A stretch of DNA of 36,684 bases, from NCBI GenBank assembly GCA_963788655.1, contig CAWBHS010000033.1, positions 1 to 36,684 of the forward strand. The letters are read 5' to 3'. The notes under the pieces were generated by a model, which worked only from the letters and a program-made list of their open reading frames with translations, was not told the DNA's origin and searched no databases. This DNA is from an uncultured Verrucomicrobiae bacterium. Its GTDB lineage: Bacteria > Verrucomicrobiota > Verrucomicrobiia > Limisphaerales > JAFGQR01. The position numbers and the translations under genes are program-made. Each line of letters opens with the position of its first letter. Within the stretch, counting starts at the first letter, position 1. Positions 32,072-36,684 of this stretch are shown here, one piece after another.

Positions 32072-32120
32072 CGGGAGCGCGCCCGCCCCGGGCGCAGTCC
32101 ACGGCGCCTCGCCGTGGACT
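32072..32120. repeat. REP arm, GGGAGCGC family
   Basis: GGGAGCGCGCCCGCCCCGGGCGC plus AGTCCACGGCG/CGCCGTGGACT hairpin. Confidence 0.65.
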
Positions 32121-32190
32121 TGCAAACAAACGCTGGTTGCCTGTTCGAGAGTGCGTCGGTTCAAGTTGCCATCCGAACCGCCGCCAGGTC

Positions 32191-32255
32191 TTGGAGTGCG
32201 GCAGTCCTCTGCCGCTTTCGAATGCTTGGCAGCCCACCGAAAGCCCCGGAGGACT
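32191..32255. repeat. REP arm(s), TTGGAGTGCG family
   Basis: TTGGAGTGCGGCAGTCCTCTGCCGCTTT followed by partial inverse AAAGCCCCGGAGGACT. Confidence 0.55.
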
Positions 32256-32438
32256 TTGGCCCTGACAAACAGCTTCTGATACGCAACCGCGCGGACCCGG
32301 ACAGCGCCGCCGCCTGGCCATTTGGCGGAAGCGACGAAACCATTCGATCCGTGGATAGCTCCGCGCTCCGTATTGAAGCGTGGTGCCGTCCAGGAACCTC
32401 ACCGGCCTCACTGGATTGAGACGCGTTGAGACCAAGCG

Positions 32439-32545
32439 AAAGCGGGAGCAAGCTCCACGCACTCCAAACGCTGGCGCGACGGAGGGCAAGACCGGTTGGA
32501 ACGTTGCGCCAGCGTTTGGAGTGCGCCCGGCTCGACGGCGCTTTT
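32439..32545. repeat. REP doublet, TTGGAGTGCG family
   Basis: CGCACTCCAAACGCTGGCGC (32458-32477) / GCGCCAGCGTTTGGAGTGCG (32506-32525), perfect 20-bp inverted repeat. Confidence 0.85.
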
Positions 32546-32662
32546 GGGTGGCTTGTGGCTTGCCCGCATCTTCCTTGCCGAGGCCAGCGGGATTGCCGCC
32601 AGGCGCAACGCTGATTCTAAACTGCGGTATCACGGACTTGCCCCCCGCTGAGCATTGGCAGT

Positions 32663-33163
32663 TCAAGGCCGCCAGTTGCCGAGGACCGTCCCCTCGTCCA
32701 GCGCTGAAATGACAAGTTCACGAATTGCTGCGGGCAGGTGCTTCCGCTGCCAGCGGTGCTCACATTCGCCAGCCGCTTGTGCCTCGTGCGCTGGGGCGGC
32801 GAGTTTGACGGCTCTGACTGCATAGTACACCGGCCCCAGTGAGTGATCCGCCATGTGCGCCGTGGAGACGGCTTGACCGGCCGCCCGCGCCGCCGTCCGT
32901 GCCACCTCGTCCGAGGTCTCCCGCGCGGCCGCATGCGCCTGGAACGCTGCTTCGCGCGCCTGCCCCACCGTGATCTCGCCGCGAGCCCAGGCGTGCGCAG
33001 CCTCGATCGCGAGACGCGGTCGTTCGTCGTCTGGATGCGTCCGGGTGAACAACGGCAAGACGTGCTCCGCACAGTCCGCCGCCCAACTCGCGAGCAGTCG
33101 ATGACAATCCTGGTCGAGCGAACCGCCGCGATGTAGGGCCACGAAACGTCGATCCCGAGCCAT
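32663..33163 (-). CDS. Imm5-like putative immunity protein (probable cassette gene)
   Basis: HRLLASWAADCAEHVLPLF..DERPRLAIEAA..W..GE..AHAAAR..AARAAGQA..TAHM; GGAG SD just after GTTAGGC. Confidence 0.8.
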   Translation of the reverse strand: MARDRRFVALHRGGSLDQDCHRLLASWAADCAEHVLPLFTRTHPDDERPRLAIEAAHAWARGEITVGQAREAAFQAHAAARETSDEVARTAARAAGQAVSTAHMADHSLGPVYYAVRAVKLAAPAHEAQAAGECEHRWQRKHLPAAIRELVISALDEGTVLGNWRP

Positions 33164-33179
33164 CGCTACTCCGTCCTCC

Positions 33180-33246
33180 GCCTAACGCGTGGGTTGCTCC
33201 ACTGAAGTTCACCGGGGCGGAGAGGGGGCATCGGCTGGTATTGCCA
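33180..33246 (-). other. Degenerate attC-like site
   Basis: Lies between a stop (33253) and the next SD; ends in canonical GTTAGGC (33186-33180); R'' box and stem are poor. Confidence 0.45.
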
Positions 33247-33252
33247 TGAGGT

Positions 33253-33810
33253 TTACTTTGATGGGGCGATTTCGACGTGGACCTGCACGCAAACATACCC
33301 GTGCCAGAGATCAAAGCGCTCGCCCCATCCATCCCAGACGAAATACCCCACCCGAATCACTTCCCCGTCCTTCAGTGGCTCGACTTTTGATTTCGAAGAT
33401 AGCCGAGCCAACAGCATCGTGGCTTCGCCGGGACGAAGGGTAACCGGCTCGTGCGGGTAGAGTGACGGAATCATCAGCCGCCCATTCAGCTTCTGGCGTC
33501 CGGTAAAATCAAAACCGATGGTAAGCCCCTTGGCATCCCGGCTCATTGACGGGCCAAGCTCCTTCGTCAACACGGTCAGATCCTGGGACCCTTCATTGAT
33601 CAAGATGGCGTGGATAACCAACAGTTTTCCCTCTTTGCCATCCACTAATCGCGCGCGCGCTTCCATGCGCAGCCCGTCAATCGTTGCTCCGGGTCGGATT
33701 GCCGTGGTCCCGCTGGTTTCCGCGAGAGCTGCGTTGGTGAAAACGACGACGGCGGCAAGCAAAAGGCCCGCAAAGTGAACGATGGATGTTTTTAATTGTG
33801 GGGTCTTCAT
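33253..33810 (-). CDS. Secreted hypothetical protein (probable cassette gene)
   Basis: MKTPQLK..LLLAAVVVFTNAALA signal peptide; flanked by attC-like sites. Confidence 0.75.
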   Translation of the reverse strand: MKTPQLKTSIVHFAGLLLAAVVVFTNAALAETSGTTAIRPGATIDGLRMEARARLVDGKEGKLLVIHAILINEGSQDLTVLTKELGPSMSRDAKGLTIGFDFTGRQKLNGRLMIPSLYPHEPVTLRPGEATMLLARLSSKSKVEPLKDGEVIRVGYFVWDGWGERFDLWHGYVCVQVHVEIAPSK

Positions 33811-33850
33811 TTGGTTCTGAGATCTCAATTTTGTGTTTATGGTTTTATCG

Positions 33851-33977
33851 GCAGCACGACGAAGGTCAGACACTGGCTCAGAAGCCGCGCTGGCGCTCCT
33901 CAACTAAGGGTGCAGGATTCATGCAACCGGATCGAACGGCAACGGCAAAAGCCAGTTGTCTGCGCCGACGGGTCGGC
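33851..33977 (-). other. attC site with mutated core boxes
   Basis: Minus strand GCCGACC..CAGACAACTGGCT ... AGCCAGTGTCTG..GTGCTGC: bulged stem typical of attC; both R boxes deviate from RYYYAAC/GTTRRRY. Confidence 0.6.
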
Positions 33978-34120
33978 AGGTTGTGTTTCAACAGACGTTA
34001 CACGAAACATCGCCGACCCCAGGATGGTTGCCATCGCGGCAATCGCCAAGGCAGCAACCCTCAGCCAATACAGTCAAGCATGCCTCTGACTTGGATTTGA
34101 CGCAATCCTCGGGAAACGCC

Positions 34121-34149
34121 TTGACAGACCAATCGGTGATCGCTAGCTG
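34121..34149 (+). promoter_or_regulatory. Putative sigma70 promoter of the VOC gene
   Basis: TTGACA-N17-TAGCTG, 7 nt before ATG 34157; no SD. Confidence 0.4.
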
Positions 34150-34156
34150 ACCTTTC

Positions 34157-34555
34157 ATGAACTCAAGAGCCTTAAATGATTTGGAATTTGTTCAGGTCAA
34201 AGCGGTGGCCTTGGCCGTAGAGGATGCGGACCGGGCAAAGCATTTTTATGGCGAAACGCTCGGCCTTCCACCCGATAACATTCGCAAGCTGGCCATGGCC
34301 TTTATGATTGGCAATGTCGTCCTGCTTCTTAAACCGCAGGAGGAATGGTATGGGAAACCAACTGAGGAATTGAATGCCCGCATTACCTTGGAGGTGAAGG
34401 ATGCCTATGCAACCGAAAAGGCGTTACTCGCGCGAGGGGTCACAATTTCCGATCCGGTGACTGTCTACGGCGACAATCCGATAGGCGCCTTCCTCGACAG
34501 TGAGGGCAACAAGCTCTGGTTCTGTTCCGATTCAGGGAAAAGCGAAACGGAATAA
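34157..34555 (+). CDS. VOC/glyoxalase family protein
   Basis: VALAVED..RAKHFYGETLGL, ITLEVKD, L.ARGV, AFLDSEGNKLW. Confidence 0.88.
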   Translation: MNSRALNDLEFVQVKAVALAVEDADRAKHFYGETLGLPPDNIRKLAMAFMIGNVVLLLKPQEEWYGKPTEELNARITLEVKDAYATEKALLARGVTISDPVTVYGDNPIGAFLDSEGNKLWFCSDSGKSETE

Positions 34556-34591
34556 CCCTCGGTGCTGAGTGGACTTGGAATTTGGCATCTC

Positions 34592-34718
34592 TCCCGTCGA
34601 GATGAGGTGAGCGACCGCCGCCGACAGTGACGGTGGAGCGCGACGGGGGCTCTTGAATTTTCGCCCAGCGTAGAGCGGGAGCGCGGGGCGGCGGTTCGTC
34701 TCCACTCGCTTGTTGGGC
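34592..34718 (-). other. attC site with intact R'' and degenerate R'
   Basis: Minus strand GCCCAAC 6 nt after a stop, then GAGACGAACCGCCGCC ... GGCGGCGGTCGCTC stem; terminal GTT missing. Confidence 0.7.
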
Positions 34719-34724
34719 AATTTT

Positions 34725-34961
34725 TCATCTCCCGGATGCCAAACTCAAGATGGCAATGACTACCGCTGCCGCACCCAGTAGCCAATAAACAAGAACCACC
34801 GCGACGAATGTGCGTGGATGCTCCCCATACCTGATCTGTCGCCCGATCCACGGATTGAAAACGCTGAGGGTGACTCTGGAAACTGTGGACGCGACAGCCA
34901 ACACCAAGAAGGCCAACCCCAGAACCAGTCCGATGACTGCCATTGATGAATCGCCGTGCAT
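34725..34961 (-). CDS. Small two-TM hypothetical protein (cassette gene)
   Basis: Two hydrophobic segments; bounded by complementary GTTGGGC and GCCCAAC; start may instead be ATG 34943. Confidence 0.65.
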   Translation of the reverse strand: MHGDSSMAVIGLVLGLAFLVLAVASTVSRVTLSVFNPWIGRQIRYGEHPRTFVAVVLVYWLLGAAAVVIAILSLASGR

Positions 34962-34976
34962 GCTCAATCGTGTTCC

Positions 34977-35041
34977 GCCCAACGAAGCTCACGCACAGCC
35001 GCGTAAGCGAGGCCACGGACTGAAATGAACTTCATAAAACC
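34977..35041 (-). other. Half attC site cut by the ISL3 insertion
   Basis: Minus strand ..CGCGGCTGTGCGTGAGCTTC-GTTGGGC; the complementary arm is replaced by the IS end. Confidence 0.6.
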
Positions 35042-36684
35042 AGCTCTGTAGCAAAATTTGTGGGTGGATTTGAAACAGCGGCTGTGAAAAAGGAAAAAGG
35101 TGCGTGGCCGGAGTGAGCGATCTGCTGGCGGGACAAACGAAGCGTGTGGGAGGCTCGACCGGTTGAGGGGAGGCCCGCCGACTGGGTCCCTTTGCGCACG
35201 ATCTGAGCCGCGCTTGGGATGCGCAAGACCGGCTCCGATCGGCGCCTATCCCAGTCGGCGACCCTCCCCTCAACCTGGCGCTGGTGGTCGAGACCAGCCG
35301 CTGAGACTACGGGGCGGACGTGCGTGGCAAAAAAGAATAGCTGATCCCCTTGTGCGCCGATTAGTTTGCAGCTTGCAAACAAAACAAACCATCGACCCGG
35401 AGACCAGCTATTCAACTCGAAGTTAAAACCATCCTGAACCGGATACAACGTTTTGCGGGGTTCGTTTACAAGGAGGTCCGGCTCCTGTGCGAGCGCGACA
35501 AGCTGCGCGTTGAGATTACCCTGGAGGCGCATCAAGGGCGGTGCGGCCGGTGCTCGAAGTGCCGAGAGCCGGCGCCAGGTTACGACCGACTGCCGGAACG
35601 AACCTGGCTCTTTGTGCCGCTGTGGGGCATTAAAACCGAATTCCTCTATGCGCCGCGGCGGGTGGAGTGTCCCACGCATGGGGTCATCGTCGAGCACATG
35701 CCGTGGAGCCGGGGCAAGAGACCGATCACCACGGCGATGATGGGATTCTTGGCGCGATGGGCGCGGCACTTGTCCTGGCGACAGACCGCCCTGGCGTTTC
35801 AGACCAGTTGGGAAGCGGTCTATCGTTCGGTCGAGTGGTTCGTGGAGTGGGGGTTGGCCCACCGTCAGATTGAAGGGGTCCAATCCCTTGGCGTCGACGA
35901 GATCCATTGGGGCCAAGGCAAGCGGGCGGAGCAATTCCTGACCGTCATCTACCAGATCGACCAGCACTGTCGGCGGCTGTTGTGGGTGGGGCGCCGACGC
36001 ACGCAGGCCACGCTGCGCCGGGGCTTTGAGGCGTTGGGGCCGACGGTGCTCAGCGGCGTGCGCTTTGTCTGCAGTGACATGTGGCGGGCCTACCTGAATG
36101 TGATTGGGGCCAAGATCCCGCACGCCTTGCACGTGTTGGACCGTTTCCACATCACGATGCATTTGAATCAAGCCGTCGACCAAGTGCGCCGAGCCGAGAG
36201 TGGTCGGCTGCGGGGACGTCCCGCGGCCAAAAAGCTCAAGCACATGCGGTGGAAGTTGCTGCGCCGGGGAAATCGGGTCCGCGGCCGGGCCAAGCAAAAG
36301 CTTTGGGGACTGCTGCGCAGTAAACTGGCCACTGGGCGAGCCTGGATGCTCAAGGAAACCTTCGAGCCGTTCTGGCGCTATCGCTCTGTCACTTGGGCCA
36401 GGGCTTTTCTGGACGTTCGGACTGAACGAGCTCTGCGCAGCCGCCTTGAACCGATGGCCAAAGTGGCCAGGATGCTGCGCAACCACCAAGAGCTGCTCTT
36501 GAACTGGTTCCGCGCCAAAGGGGAACTCTCGTCCGGCCCGGTCGAGGGTCTGAACAATAAAATCCGAGTGGTGACCAGAAGATCCTACGGATTTCGCACC
36601 TACGACGCGATGGAAATAGCCTTGTATCACACGTTAGGCCGGCTCCCAGAGCCGGAAACTACCCACAGATTCTGCTGACGAGGC
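35042..36684 (+). mobile_element. ISL3-family insertion sequence (~1.64 kb)
   Basis: Imperfect terminal IRs AGCTCTGTAGCAAAATTTGTGGGT vs reverse complement of the right end GCCTCGTCAGCAGAATCTGTGGGT; transposase stop inside the right IR. Confidence 0.9.
35410..36678 (+). CDS. ISL3 family transposase (probable ATT start)
   Basis: CSKC..CPTH zinc finger, LGVDE, VCSDMW, LDRFH, VEGLNNKIR..RRSYGFR; frame open from the stop at 35362 with no ATG/GTG/TTG before 35614. Confidence 0.92.
   Translation: MQLEVKTILNRIQRFAGFVYKEVRLLCERDKLRVEITLEAHQGRCGRCSKCREPAPGYDRLPERTWLFVPLWGIKTEFLYAPRRVECPTHGVIVEHMPWSRGKRPITTAMMGFLARWARHLSWRQTALAFQTSWEAVYRSVEWFVEWGLAHRQIEGVQSLGVDEIHWGQGKRAEQFLTVIYQIDQHCRRLLWVGRRRTQATLRRGFEALGPTVLSGVRFVCSDMWRAYLNVIGAKIPHALHVLDRFHITMHLNQAVDQVRRAESGRLRGRPAAKKLKHMRWKLLRRGNRVRGRAKQKLWGLLRSKLATGRAWMLKETFEPFWRYRSVTWARAFLDVRTERALRSRLEPMAKVARMLRNHQELLLNWFRAKGELSSGPVEGLNNKIRVVTRRSYGFRTYDAMEIALYHTLGRLPEPETTHRFC

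Noticed and set aside
32600..32670. attC closing the Imm5-like cassette
   Set aside because: Expected GCCTAAC not found (only CCTTGAAC) and no bulged stem
35032..36630. 532-aa minus-strand ORF
   Set aside because: Antisense shadow of the transposase; no recognisable domain

Overview
GC-rich bacterial DNA; gene content, GTAG-type palindromic repeats and attC style suggest Verrucomicrobiota (inference only). Left to right: Hen1 RNA 2'-O-methyltransferase with a palindromic repeat inside its reading frame, truncated SDR, nuclease-fused DinG/Rad3 helicase, secreted double-zincin peptidase, large LamG/Ig/HYR-like surface protein, a 4 x 158-bp palindromic tandem array, serine hydrolase plus tricorn protease, a group II intron domain-I remnant inserted at the end of a REP hairpin, enolase-superfamily enzyme, DUF1232, FIST, a MoxR-DUF58-transglutaminase operon, metallophosphoesterase, a small protein/nucleotidyltransferase pair, divergent thymidylate synthase and an ABC-2 permease. 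The right end is a decaying minus-strand integron cassette array (attC sites, no integrase in the window) interrupted by an ISL3 element with a structured leader and a probable ATT start. About ten frameshifts, nearly all +1 insertions, look like long-read errors rather than real pseudogenes. All family calls are by-eye motif recognition; no searches were run.
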